Virus record (IMG/VR): IMGVR_UViG_3300028887_000070
Coordinates: 1 to 64,000 of that record
Source: a virus
Lineage: Duplodnaviria > Caudoviricetes
Length of the DNA: 64,000 nucleotides
Reading direction: 5' to 3' (one strand)
Below, piece by piece: positions 38,076-47,580 of this stretch (position 1 is its first letter; every line of letters begins with the position of its first letter). Below the pieces are notes generated by a model, which was given only the letters and a program-made list of their open reading frames with translations, was not told the DNA's origin and searched no databases. Made by a program: the position numbers and the translations under genes.

Positions 38076-39620
38076 TTACTGCATAGCAACAACATGGTTC
38101 TTAACCACGATATGATTGGAGCAAATCTTATCGAATCCCTCATTGTGAGAGATTACCATAAGTGTGCTATGGCACTCACGGTTAATAAGATCGATAGCTC
38201 TATTTCTGTTTCTGTCGTCGAGGTTGCTAGTAACTTCGTCCAAGATGAAGATCTTGTTCGGGTTACGTCTCATCTCAACTACTGTTCTTGTAAGCAGAAC
38301 GCGCTGCTTAAGTCCAGTGGAGAGATTGAAACCCTTTGAGCCAACTGGACAGTCAAGAAGCTTGTCGATCTCTACAGGAACGCCTTCAACTCTGAAAGTG
38401 TTTCTAAGATCGTTAAGCATATCGAGTTCCTCAAAGATCTTGATGATCTCTTCATCGGTAACAGTCTCGTCACCAAATGTAACATTGTTTCTGAGACTAT
38501 CATTCAGAAGAGTTGTCTCCTGGAATACATAGTATGTATCCAGATTTTCTGGGAGACCAAAGATCTCTTCAGACTTAATCGCGCCAGCAATGAGATTACC
38601 GAAGCTTGACTTGCCCTCACCAGACGCACCAGTGATAAGATATCTTTCACAGCGTCTGATACTGATGTTGTTCACAGTGAACTGAGCGCTGTCCTTCCCA
38701 TAATCGAAAGAGCCAGATACTGTGAACTGAGAAGGCATAGAAACCTTCTCATCGTTATCGTTGCCTTCGAGAGCTTCAATCTGCTTGGTAGCAGCCTTGA
38801 TCTTCGAAGTGTATGCAACGATATCGATACACTTGAAGATCGAATTGTAGATCACGTATTCATTGATAAATACGTAACCCAAAGTTTCAACATCCCATCT
38901 AAAGAAGTATGCAATGAAACATACAGGGACATAAGAGACAGCCTGGCACAAACCGAACCAGGCACGCTTCTTAGTATTGGTGCTATACTTATATGAGTCA
39001 TCTGCTGCATCGGTGACTCTGTTAAATAAGTAAGAGAACTTACTAGCGTACTTGAGAGTAAGTAAGTTCTCAAGGCCATCAACAAGAACTGACTCAAGCT
39101 TAGCAGCAGCCTTGTGTTCGTTCTCGTTGAACTTGAACTTTTCGTTGCCCCATAAGTACATAGCAGAGCTAAGTACGAAGCAGCTGAAAAGGATGGCTAT
39201 AGATGCAATGGAAGTACGGATCTTCCATATCATAATAGCCATAGGAAGAATACAACTGAAGCATGATACGATTGTCACGTATCTCTGTCCAGTGTATTCA
39301 GAGATCTTATTGATACTGTCGATGATAGTACCAACAGAGATCTTATTGATACTCTTAGTCTCAGACCAAGCCGACTTCTCAGTCAGTCTAGTCTTAAGAT
39401 CAAAGTATACTGTTGAGCTGGCCTTACGACCAGCTGCATCTCTCGCTGTATCGAGAACGGCGAAAGATACATTGCAAATGATGAGACCGATAAACAATCT
39501 CTTACTGAATCCATTAGCAATGAGCTTTGATATTACTGTAGCGTTGGCAGTGTTCTGTAAGCCAACAAGAATTGTTAAAACCACCATTGAGATAGTGAGC
39601 ATAGTTACCTTCTTCTTCAT
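38076..39620 (-). CDS. ABC exporter (fused transmembrane plus ATPase domains)
   Basis: Hydrophobic N-terminal half; Walker A GASGEGKS, signature variant LSTGLKQR, Walker B IFILDE, H-loop ISH. Confidence 0.88.
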   Translation of the reverse strand: MKKKVTMLTISMVVLTILVGLQNTANATVISKLIANGFSKRLFIGLIICNVSFAVLDTARDAAGRKASSTVYFDLKTRLTEKSAWSETKSINKISVGTIIDSINKISEYTGQRYVTIVSCFSCILPMAIMIWKIRTSIASIAILFSCFVLSSAMYLWGNEKFKFNENEHKAAAKLESVLVDGLENLLTLKYASKFSYLFNRVTDAADDSYKYSTNTKKRAWFGLCQAVSYVPVCFIAYFFRWDVETLGYVFINEYVIYNSIFKCIDIVAYTSKIKAATKQIEALEGNDNDEKVSMPSQFTVSGSFDYGKDSAQFTVNNISIRRCERYLITGASGEGKSSFGNLIAGAIKSEEIFGLPENLDTYYVFQETTLLNDSLRNNVTFGDETVTDEEIIKIFEELDMLNDLRNTFRVEGVPVEIDKLLDCPVGSKGFNLSTGLKQRVLLTRTVVEMRRNPNKIFILDEVTSNLDDRNRNRAIDLINRECHSTLMVISHNEGFDKICSNHIVVKNHVVAMQ

Positions 39621-39680
39621 ATAAAGGCCTCCTTTCAACCTTAGTTAGATTTTGTTAGAAGAATGCTTATAACTACCTAT

Positions 39681-39690
39681 ATAGTATACA
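39681..39690 (-). promoter_or_regulatory. Early promoter (ABC exporter)
   Basis: TGTATACTAT. Confidence 0.65.
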
Positions 39691-39736
39691 ACCCAAAAGC
39701 GGTAAGATGGCGGGAGCACTTAAGCTCCCGCCACTC

Positions 39737-42097
39737 TTAATAGTCATAGTAGAAGTCGTCTTCATCATCGTCATCCACACTACTGTATGGATCATTCATG
39801 TCCTTATAGAACTGGTCTATAGTACCAAGCATACTATACTGATTTGCAGGATCCTCCAACTCTTCTATAGGCTTGTTAAACTTCTGGCTGTATGCCTTTC
39901 TACCTACTGGAGTAGAGAGAATCTTCTGAAGAGCCTCTTGGTCTTCTTGTCTCTGCTGCTCTAACCAGTCCTTATAGAGCATAGTACCATCATCAAGGTC
40001 CTTAAGCTGCTGCTCTACTCTACCATGCATTCCCTCAAGGTCGCTAGAGATATTGATTCCCTCTGTAGCCTCGAAGCTCTGAAAGATAGGCTCTTCAGCT
40101 TCATGCTGTTCAGTCTGGAGGTTAGGTATTCTGATACCCCAGTTCTCTGTCACGTTCTTACCGTAGTACAGAGGATAGAGTGAAAGGAGATAAGAGAATA
40201 CTGCGTCATCGTGGCTCTGAGCAGAATGATCGATTCTACCAGTCTTCTTCACCTCAAGGTTCTTCAGCTCTTCATATATGATAGGAGATACGAATTTGTC
40301 CTTATGGTCTTCCATTCTAAGCATGAGAAGATCCATGAGCTGTTCTCTGACTATCTTGGTGTTGTCGAGTCCATAGACTCTAGTAAGTTGTTTCTTACGA
40401 TTGATATGGACTCCGTCATACTTCTCTTCTATAGTCCTCTCCTTTATCTCATAGTAGAGATTGGACTTTATCTTAGACTTGAGAAGCTTTGCTAGTACAC
40501 CTGTACCTACACCGTTACGCTCGACTACTACCAGAGCATTTGGTATCCAGTTAGTTACCACATCATAGATGACTCTAGCGAAGTCGATAGTGGAGATATA
40601 GTTACAGTTGAAGTCTGCCATAAGCTTAGACGTTGTAGAGTCTGTTATACTCATAGCAGATGAGTCCTTATTGTAACCAGCAGCAACGTCACATCCAACG
40701 ATAGGAGCAATACCTGGTCTGAGCTCTTCGTATACATTGAGAAGGAATGCTCCGACATAGACTTGCTTCTTAGGCTGCTTAACGAATCTACCAACGATAT
40801 CGAGCTGCTCTTTAGTGAACGGTGAGTTCTCTGCAGACATAGCCCACTCGAGAAGGAACTCTCGACGGATGTCTGTCCATTTGTACTCTTGTTCACGGCA
40901 ACGATCTTTGAACCACTCTTCTGAATAACCAAGCTGTTGATAAGTAGTCTTGATATGTACGAAGATACTCTTCTCGTTGGAGTTGAGTATATTAGTAAGC
41001 TCTTGAAGTGAAAGGTCATACCAGAGTTCAGAGAACGGAGTCATATTGCTTCTCATATCATACATATACTTACCGAACTCATCAGAGATAAATCCAGGTG
41101 TAGATGTCAGACAGAGACCATGAGGAGCTCCATTATCACGACAGTTTCTGAAGGCTCTAGTCATGGCAGGCATTGCATTAGAGAGCGACTCTCCAAGGAA
41201 TGGGAAGAACGCAGACTCGTCGAGCCAACAGTTAGTGATAGTACGACCTCTGAGGAGGGAGATAGCAGCAGTCTTAGAGGTTGCTCTAGCGAGTGCTTCT
41301 ATCTTGTTGAAGTTGATTGGGTGCTGTACATAAGATACAGTATTACGGGCCTTGAGCTTCTTACCATTCTGGCCAAATGCCTGATCGAATCTAAGGTAAG
41401 ATGGCAGAGCCTGTATAATCTTCTTCATATCATCAAGGTTTCTCTTAGCATCGTCCAGCTTCTTGTTAAGGAAGACCATGTTAGCGTTTCGAGAACCGAA
41501 GTTGTATACCCATGAATACCATACTTCACATCCTACAGTTTTACCAGTCTGACGAGGCTGCTCATGGTACACATTAAGAGACAGCGTAAAGCAGAAGTTA
41601 AGGGCTAGATTTCCTCTGTCAAGTTTATACCTGACGTAGGGTCCACCCTGGCTCTGTACTCTAACGACTTCTCTGATGTAGTAGAAGAAGTTACGTTGAC
41701 ACTCTATGAAGATCTTCTGCTTCATGAACAGAGGAAGCTTAGGATCATAGGGATCTACATTAGCAAGATCCTTATCAAAGAGTATAAGGAAGAACTTATT
41801 GTTCTTGATTCCTATAGCTTTCAGATAGTAGTGCATATCCAGAAAGCTTTGGTTCTTAGTATTCATCTGAAAGTAGACAGTAGACCTTTGTCCCGTAAGA
41901 GGATCAGTCATCACATTCTTGTTCTGACTAGGAGGTACAAAGGGTATAGTCTTTTTAGCTTTCATTTGTGATGGATCAATGTATTGATTAGTCTGAACTG
42001 TTCCATCGTAGAAGATCTCTGACTGATTAGAACCAGTATAAGTACGGTCTTCTTTAGCAGTCTCTTCTTCAAGAACGAGTTCGATTGTACTTGCCAT
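39737..42097 (-). CDS. terL: Terminase large subunit
   Basis: Walker A PRQTGKT, Walker B WLDES, coupling motif TST, nuclease GCDVAAG and HDDAV. Confidence 0.92.
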   Translation of the reverse strand: MASTIELVLEEETAKEDRTYTGSNQSEIFYDGTVQTNQYIDPSQMKAKKTIPFVPPSQNKNVMTDPLTGQRSTVYFQMNTKNQSFLDMHYYLKAIGIKNNKFFLILFDKDLANVDPYDPKLPLFMKQKIFIECQRNFFYYIREVVRVQSQGGPYVRYKLDRGNLALNFCFTLSLNVYHEQPRQTGKTVGCEVWYSWVYNFGSRNANMVFLNKKLDDAKRNLDDMKKIIQALPSYLRFDQAFGQNGKKLKARNTVSYVQHPINFNKIEALARATSKTAAISLLRGRTITNCWLDESAFFPFLGESLSNAMPAMTRAFRNCRDNGAPHGLCLTSTPGFISDEFGKYMYDMRSNMTPFSELWYDLSLQELTNILNSNEKSIFVHIKTTYQQLGYSEEWFKDRCREQEYKWTDIRREFLLEWAMSAENSPFTKEQLDIVGRFVKQPKKQVYVGAFLLNVYEELRPGIAPIVGCDVAAGYNKDSSAMSITDSTTSKLMADFNCNYISTIDFARVIYDVVTNWIPNALVVVERNGVGTGVLAKLLKSKIKSNLYYEIKERTIEEKYDGVHINRKKQLTRVYGLDNTKIVREQLMDLLMLRMEDHKDKFVSPIIYEELKNLEVKKTGRIDHSAQSHDDAVFSYLLSLYPLYYGKNVTENWGIRIPNLQTEQHEAEEPIFQSFEATEGINISSDLEGMHGRVEQQLKDLDDGTMLYKDWLEQQRQEDQEALQKILSTPVGRKAYSQKFNKPIEELEDPANQYSMLGTIDQFYKDMNDPYSSVDDDDEDDFYYDY

Positions 42098-42157
42098 AAT
42101 AACACCTCTTTCTGTAGTTTGATACAGTGTAATGAGTGGGCTCTCAATAGCCCTCTT

Positions 42158-42169
42158 TACGGAGATGTT
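42158..42169 (-). promoter_or_regulatory. Late promoter (terminase)
   Basis: AACA-TCTCCG-TA. Confidence 0.7.
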
Positions 42170-42174
42170 CGACA

Positions 42175-42371
42175 AGAAAAAATAACCTCTTAGAAGAGGA
42201 GTATCAGCGATATGCTATGTGGAGTAGGAACCACATATGTGCCGCATATCGCTGGATACTGAGTGACGACCAAGTCGCCACGGAAAGGAGACTACAGGTC
42301 ATTTGGAAACCTGCAGATAGACATAGTTTTTAACTGCTTCATCTACCTTGTGCCTCGGCAGAGAAGTTGTC
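42175..42371 (-). ncRNA. Structured 3' trailer with anti-SD fold-back segment and terminator
   Basis: Several long stems; 13-nt complement to the upstream SD region at 42284-42296; terminator CCTCT...AGAGG plus T tract. Confidence 0.5.
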
Positions 42372-42905
42372 TTAGAATTCTTCTTTAAAGAATACTGATG
42401 CGTTTTCGGTAGCAACGGATAGTGATGCTATATCTCCATTGTAGTTATATACACGGAGATCGAATCTAGCGTCCGCAAGGTATGATGCCATACCGTAGAG
42501 CAGCACTGCTGCTCTTTTATTGAATCTTTTATTCTGCCATACAGTGTTTAAAAGATAGTCTTCAAAGACGACATCTTCCCACTTTATAACATTAAGCCAT
42601 TCGCAGTCAGTTGGTCTAACAGTGCCGAGCCACTCGATAAGATTATCTACTTCAGCCCAGCTTACGATATATGCTAAAGCGGAAAGCGCATTGTATGGGT
42701 CTGTGTGTTTCACTGCTTCTACAAAGGCTACTACAGCCTTGCAGAACTTTCTGGAATCCAGAATACTATCAGTATCTGGTACTCCAGCGACCAGGATATC
42801 ACCATATTCATTTTGGGTGACGAACAGTTCTGCAATCTTATTGCAGATCTCTTCAGTCGAATATGTGCATCCAGATTCAACCTTGTTGTTAATGTTAGCT
42901 TTCAT
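42372..42905 (-). CDS. Hypothetical early protein lacking a proximal SD
   Basis: 177 aa ORF between two structured RNA segments. Confidence 0.6.
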   Translation of the reverse strand: MKANINNKVESGCTYSTEEICNKIAELFVTQNEYGDILVAGVPDTDSILDSRKFCKAVVAFVEAVKHTDPYNALSALAYIVSWAEVDNLIEWLGTVRPTDCEWLNVIKWEDVVFEDYLLNTVWQNKRFNKRAAVLLYGMASYLADARFDLRVYNYNGDIASLSVATENASVFFKEEF

Positions 42906-43090
42906 AATGTATGCTCAGTAGGTGCTACACGCTTGACGGGCGACAAGCTGAGCGAATATAGTCTCCTTTGGAGACATCCTTTACAGGATACACCCTTTGT
43001 TACCTGCTGCATGAGATCCCGTTCTCCTTGCGGGACCATAGATAATTTACAGCTAGGTGCATGAAGATTCGATCGTGATCCTCATACACC
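42906..43090 (-). promoter_or_regulatory. Structured 5' leader with sequestered SD
   Basis: Five hairpins; AAAGGAGA sequestered locally in GTCTC-CAAAG-GAGAC. Confidence 0.5.
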
Positions 43091-43093
43091 TCA

Positions 43094-43103
43094 ATGATAT
43101 ACA
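43094..43103 (-). promoter_or_regulatory. Early promoter
   Basis: TGTATATCAT followed by a long hairpin. Confidence 0.55.
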
Positions 43104-43188
43104 ACCCATATAGCTAACTTTTACGATACCCCCTACATATATATAATCAGTGCCTACATGGACACTTAAAACAAAGGAGGACACACAT

Positions 43189-44016
43189 ATGCCACTTGGT
43201 AACAACTCATACAACAAGGGTAACTCAAACGGAAAGAAGAACGACTTCTCTCCTACAACCTACTCAAACATAAGGATCTCTAACTACAACTCTACTGTAG
43301 ATCCTACATCAGTCTCCTTCGCATTCTGGAAGGGAATGCTTAGGATATCAATCACACCTATCAAGAAGAGTGCAGACGGAGGTTACAACTTCGACAAGGA
43401 CAACTCTATAGAAGTATACCTCACTCCCACCAGAGCTGCTCTCTTCCTCAACTATCTCAAGCAGTTCAGAAAGGACCCCAATGCATACATTAACTTAGGT
43501 GTTACTTCAGGTAATGCTATCATCTATGTAACAAACGGTGCAGAGGAGTTCGAAGGACAGGACGGAAACGGAATCTTTCTTATTGTAAAGAGTCTTGACG
43601 AGAAGGGTAACATCGACTCTGAGATTGCTTACCAGTTCAAGACTACACCTGATAAGGATAACTTTGGTATCATCAACTACAAGGGCGGTACAGACTTCAC
43701 TAAGGACTATGAGTACACAAAGTTCCTTGACTATGATATCTTCACCAACTCAATAGCTCAGTACGTTAATAGCAATAGCAGTGCAGTTGCAGCTACAGTT
43801 GTTGACGCTACTAGATTCTCATTCAACAGTATCATCGGCAAACTGACAAGCATTCAGGAGAACCTCGGTATCGATACTGGAAGTGGATACAAGAGAAAGT
43901 CGAACGCATCAGCATTCTTCTCAAATAACGGCAATGAGTCTACATCATCTTCAACTGTTCATAATAGTGATAAGATTGAAGAAGTGGACGACTACCAGGA
44001 TCTCATAGACATGTAA
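43189..44016 (+). CDS. Probable single-stranded DNA-binding protein
   Basis: Beta-rich core with low-complexity then acidic C-terminal tail (EEVDDYQDLIDM); function inferred from architecture. Confidence 0.4.
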   Translation: MPLGNNSYNKGNSNGKKNDFSPTTYSNIRISNYNSTVDPTSVSFAFWKGMLRISITPIKKSADGGYNFDKDNSIEVYLTPTRAALFLNYLKQFRKDPNAYINLGVTSGNAIIYVTNGAEEFEGQDGNGIFLIVKSLDEKGNIDSEIAYQFKTTPDKDNFGIINYKGGTDFTKDYEYTKFLDYDIFTNSIAQYVNSNSSAVAATVVDATRFSFNSIIGKLTSIQENLGIDTGSGYKRKSNASAFFSNNGNESTSSSTVHNSDKIEEVDDYQDLIDM

Positions 44017-44071
44017 TAGCGATAGGGATGTGAAAACATCCCTATCTTTCTCTTTGAAAGGAGATAATACT

Positions 44072-44767
44072 ATGGATAATAAAGCTCAGCAACAGAAGAT
44101 CACTAGTATGGCGATAGACGCTAAGTGTATACTTGACTACGACCTTACTATCATGAAGATCTTCCAATACAATTACAATCATCCAGACTATGTAGACCAA
44201 AAGGTTATGCACTATTCACTTGCTCAACTTAGGAATGCTCTGGTGAAGCGTAAAGACACTAATCCGCTGACTATATGTATTCCCGAAGGTGTTATGACTA
44301 GAGAGAATCTTGAACAGATTCTTATGGATATCTATAAGAACAATGAATACGACATCTACAAGTATATCACTGTTACTGGAACTAGTAAGCTTATCTATAT
44401 GATGAACGATCATAGTTCGTTTGATGTAACTGTAGTATGTAAAGATGAAACTGAGAAGGGTCTGATAGAAGGACGCACCAAGTCATTTAAGACTGTAATC
44501 GGCTACGACTCCATAGACCCCAAAGACTTCAATAGCTTCATGTTTAAGGACGTCAGAGATGTCTTCGCTCTTCCCTATAAGCTTGAGAAGAAGACTCTGT
44601 TCTTCCAGAACTATGAGTTCAACATCACCCGTGATACCGATGGAACTCCTGTTCTTAATGCTGAGTATGGAATGGCTCTAGTTAGTGCGGATAACTACCC
44701 TATACTTGTAGAGGTATACGACCACAATACTCTCGAATCTCTTTCTAAAGAGAGAACTAGTCAATAA
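44072..44767 (+). CDS. Hypothetical protein
   Basis: SD GAAAGGAGA. Confidence 0.7.
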   Translation: MDNKAQQQKITSMAIDAKCILDYDLTIMKIFQYNYNHPDYVDQKVMHYSLAQLRNALVKRKDTNPLTICIPEGVMTRENLEQILMDIYKNNEYDIYKYITVTGTSKLIYMMNDHSSFDVTVVCKDETEKGLIEGRTKSFKTVIGYDSIDPKDFNSFMFKDVRDVFALPYKLEKKTLFFQNYEFNITRDTDGTPVLNAEYGMALVSADNYPILVEVYDHNTLESLSKERTSQ

Positions 44768-44788
44768 TCAATCAAAGGAGGAAACACC

Positions 44789-46519
44789 ATGACAAGTAAT
44801 ATAGTCAAGAAGGATGTCCTTAGAAGAGTTCAGCTCGAAACACTTGAAGCTCTCTATGAATATCTTTCTCAGTCATTCGGACCTTATGGTTCAAACACCA
44901 TTCAGTACAAGAAAGAAGGCTATCCTCGTTATACTAAGGATGGTCATACAATTCTTAAGTCAATCATGTTCGGTGGAGAGATCGAACAGGCAGTTCTTGC
45001 TGATATAGAAGAGGAAACAAGAGCACAGGCTAAGAGAGTCGGCGACTCTACAACCTCTGTTACTATCCTTTCATATCTTATATTCAAGAAGCTCACTGAG
45101 AGAATCGAGGATCAGTTCACAAAGACTCCTCCTGCAGATATCGTAAGAGCTCTTAAGGAAGTAGTAGATGCTGCATCTGCTATTATCAAGAATCACGGTA
45201 GAGAGGTTACTCTTGAGGATATCCGTAAGATATCACTCATTTCCACAAACAACGACGAGAAGCTTGCTGAAGAGATCGTTAAGGTTCATGAGGACCTTGG
45301 TCTTAATGCATACATTGACGTTATGGCTGGCTCTGGAGAAGAGTTCGTTCGTAAGACATACGATGGCATGTTCTTCGATTGCGGTTACCACGATGCTTGC
45401 TTCATCAATATGCCTGACAAGTCTGTAAACAGACTTGATAATCCTCGTATCTACTACTTCGAGGATCCTATCGATACAGTAAGCTACGGTGAGCTGTTTG
45501 ATACAATCATTGCTCATAACATCATTAACCCAATCAATGAGATGAACAGTGATCGTCCTAACAACAATGAAGTTCCTCAGATCATTCCTACAGTCATTAT
45601 AGCTCCTAAGATCGTAAGAGACTATGCTCGTACTCTTGAAGTTGTAATGAACTACTGTGCTAAGTTTACTCAGGCTAATCTTCCTAACACTATCCCGCTT
45701 AACATCATCACTGGTGTTACAGATACCGATAAAGTGTACCTGAAGAACATACTCAATCTCTGCGGTGTTCCTACTATCAACAAGTATGACGACGCTAAGG
45801 CTGAGGCAAGAGACCAGAAGAACGGTACTGCTCCTTCAGTTAAGAATGTATGGGAGTGGTACGGTACTGCAGGTTGCGTAGAGTCTGGTGCATTCTCTAC
45901 AAAGCTTATCGATCCTAAGAACTACAAGAACGAAGATGGTTCTTATACAGACGTCTTCAATGCAGTTCTGAACGATCTCGATGCTCGTATCGCTGAGCTT
46001 GAGAAGCAGCACAATGAGACTCTTAAGATCTATCAGTACAAGAAGCAGAGAAACTCTCTCCTTGGTAACATGGTAGAACTCTATGTAGGTGGTATCACTA
46101 TCGCTGACAGAGATCAGGTAAGAGACCTCGTAGAAGACGCTGTACTCAACTGCCGTTCTGCAGTAAATGAGGGCGTCGGCTACGGTGCTAACTTCGAAGG
46201 TCTTAGAGCATTCAAGGCTCTTATGGATGTAACTCTCGGAGAAGGTACTCTTAAAGAAGAGATCATTAAGTGTTTCTACGAAGCATACAAGGAGATCTCT
46301 GAACACCTCTACAGATACATGGATGATCCTGAAGGTAAAGTTATCGAGTCACTTGAACAGGATTGTCCGTTCGATGTAAGAACTGGTGAAAAGGGTGAGA
46401 ATGTTCTCTCCTCTATCGATACTGATATCTGTGTACTCAACAGTATCTCAAAGATCATCTCACTGATGGTTACAGCTAACCAGTTCCAGATGTCTAACCT
46501 CAATATCAATAAGTATTGA
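44789..46519 (+). CDS. groEL: Phage GroEL-like chaperonin
   Basis: SFGPYG, TKDGHTI, VGDSTTS (GDGTTT variant) and EDAVLNCRSA. Confidence 0.92.
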   Translation: MTSNIVKKDVLRRVQLETLEALYEYLSQSFGPYGSNTIQYKKEGYPRYTKDGHTILKSIMFGGEIEQAVLADIEEETRAQAKRVGDSTTSVTILSYLIFKKLTERIEDQFTKTPPADIVRALKEVVDAASAIIKNHGREVTLEDIRKISLISTNNDEKLAEEIVKVHEDLGLNAYIDVMAGSGEEFVRKTYDGMFFDCGYHDACFINMPDKSVNRLDNPRIYYFEDPIDTVSYGELFDTIIAHNIINPINEMNSDRPNNNEVPQIIPTVIIAPKIVRDYARTLEVVMNYCAKFTQANLPNTIPLNIITGVTDTDKVYLKNILNLCGVPTINKYDDAKAEARDQKNGTAPSVKNVWEWYGTAGCVESGAFSTKLIDPKNYKNEDGSYTDVFNAVLNDLDARIAELEKQHNETLKIYQYKKQRNSLLGNMVELYVGGITIADRDQVRDLVEDAVLNCRSAVNEGVGYGANFEGLRAFKALMDVTLGEGTLKEEIIKCFYEAYKEISEHLYRYMDDPEGKVIESLEQDCPFDVRTGEKGENVLSSIDTDICVLNSISKIISLMVTANQFQMSNLNINKY

Positions 46520-46735
46520 GTGGCATACTCCGACCCATAAGGTACTGATGAGTAGAAACTAGTGTACCTGTACAGATATCCCTCTCTTGGACATGTGTGG
46601 GTATCGTTGGGGTTAGTGTCCTTTCAACACCATTCAAAGAGGTGGGTAGGGAGTTCATCTCCCTACCCATTCTCCCCAATCAAGTCTTACCAAACGCATA
46701 ACTTTACTATAACCGATATAATGGAGGTGTACCGT

Positions 46736-47518
46736 ATGAGTAAACTGAAGCTCACATTCGATGAGTATATTAAGAACCCTTCGGGTAAGGGTTCATCAAT
46801 CAACACTCCTAGAGATACTACCGCCCAGTTCTATCAGACTAAGTATGATGCCCTAGTAGCTAGAGATGGTCTAGTGAAGTATGAGGTCTATAGAACTGCA
46901 TCTGATGTATACTATATCCATTTTCACATTCCGTCAAACTCTACTAAGGGGTTCTGTTATGATACAGTAGTAGAGCTCAACCCAGGTGACACACCTACTA
47001 AGGGAAACCTAAAGACCTATACGGTTAGGTTCTATTCAAATGACCCTAACTTCCACTTCACTCATGCTCATGCTTACTATTCTCATGGTCTAATCATACC
47101 AGAGTTTGAGAAGAAGCTATCACTACAGGTGAAGGCAACCAAAGCAAACACACGTAACCCAGACAATGCAGTAGGATATGTACAGAGTATCTACTTTGCA
47201 TATCTGACAATGCAGAGGGACAATCTATTCGACAAGGGGATCCTCGACAGAAAAGCCACTGCTGGAGGAGCTAATAGATTCGCTAAGAATGTCCCGTCGT
47301 ATAAGGATAAGGATAGAGATAAGAACAAGTTCATTGATGAACAGAAAAGGAAAGTAACTCCTACGGGGAAAGAGGAGCTTAAGCCTAAGGTGGTTTCATC
47401 AAGATTCATTGGTAATGGCCTCTCTCATATACCAGTAGTCTCAAAGATCACCAAGACTTCCAAGTCATCTTCCGCTATAAAGAATACTCGAACCTCTAAG
47501 ACTACAAAGAGGAGATAG
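46736..47518 (+). CDS. Hypothetical basic protein
   Basis: SD GGAGGT before ATG 46736; Lys/Ser/Thr-rich tail. Confidence 0.7.
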   Translation: MSKLKLTFDEYIKNPSGKGSSINTPRDTTAQFYQTKYDALVARDGLVKYEVYRTASDVYYIHFHIPSNSTKGFCYDTVVELNPGDTPTKGNLKTYTVRFYSNDPNFHFTHAHAYYSHGLIIPEFEKKLSLQVKATKANTRNPDNAVGYVQSIYFAYLTMQRDNLFDKGILDRKATAGGANRFAKNVPSYKDKDRDKNKFIDEQKRKVTPTGKEELKPKVVSSRFIGNGLSHIPVVSKITKTSKSSSAIKNTRTSKTTKRR

Positions 47519-47520
47519 AT

Positions 47521-47530
47521 TATATACTAT
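47521..47530 (+). promoter_or_regulatory. Early promoter
   Basis: TATATACTAT. Confidence 0.65.
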
Positions 47531-47580
47531 AGATGAGTCCAGAGCATCACTATACCGCTCTGGTTAAGGAGGATATACAT

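Noticed and set aside
39737-42097. Introns or inteins in terminase, polymerase or RNAP genes, common in related phages
   Set aside because: ORFs are continuous with normal motif spacing and no intein or homing-endonuclease signatures.
46540-46570. Hammerhead ribozyme (CTGATGA followed by a small stem)
   Set aside because: No GAAA after stem II and no stem III or cleavage triplet geometry.
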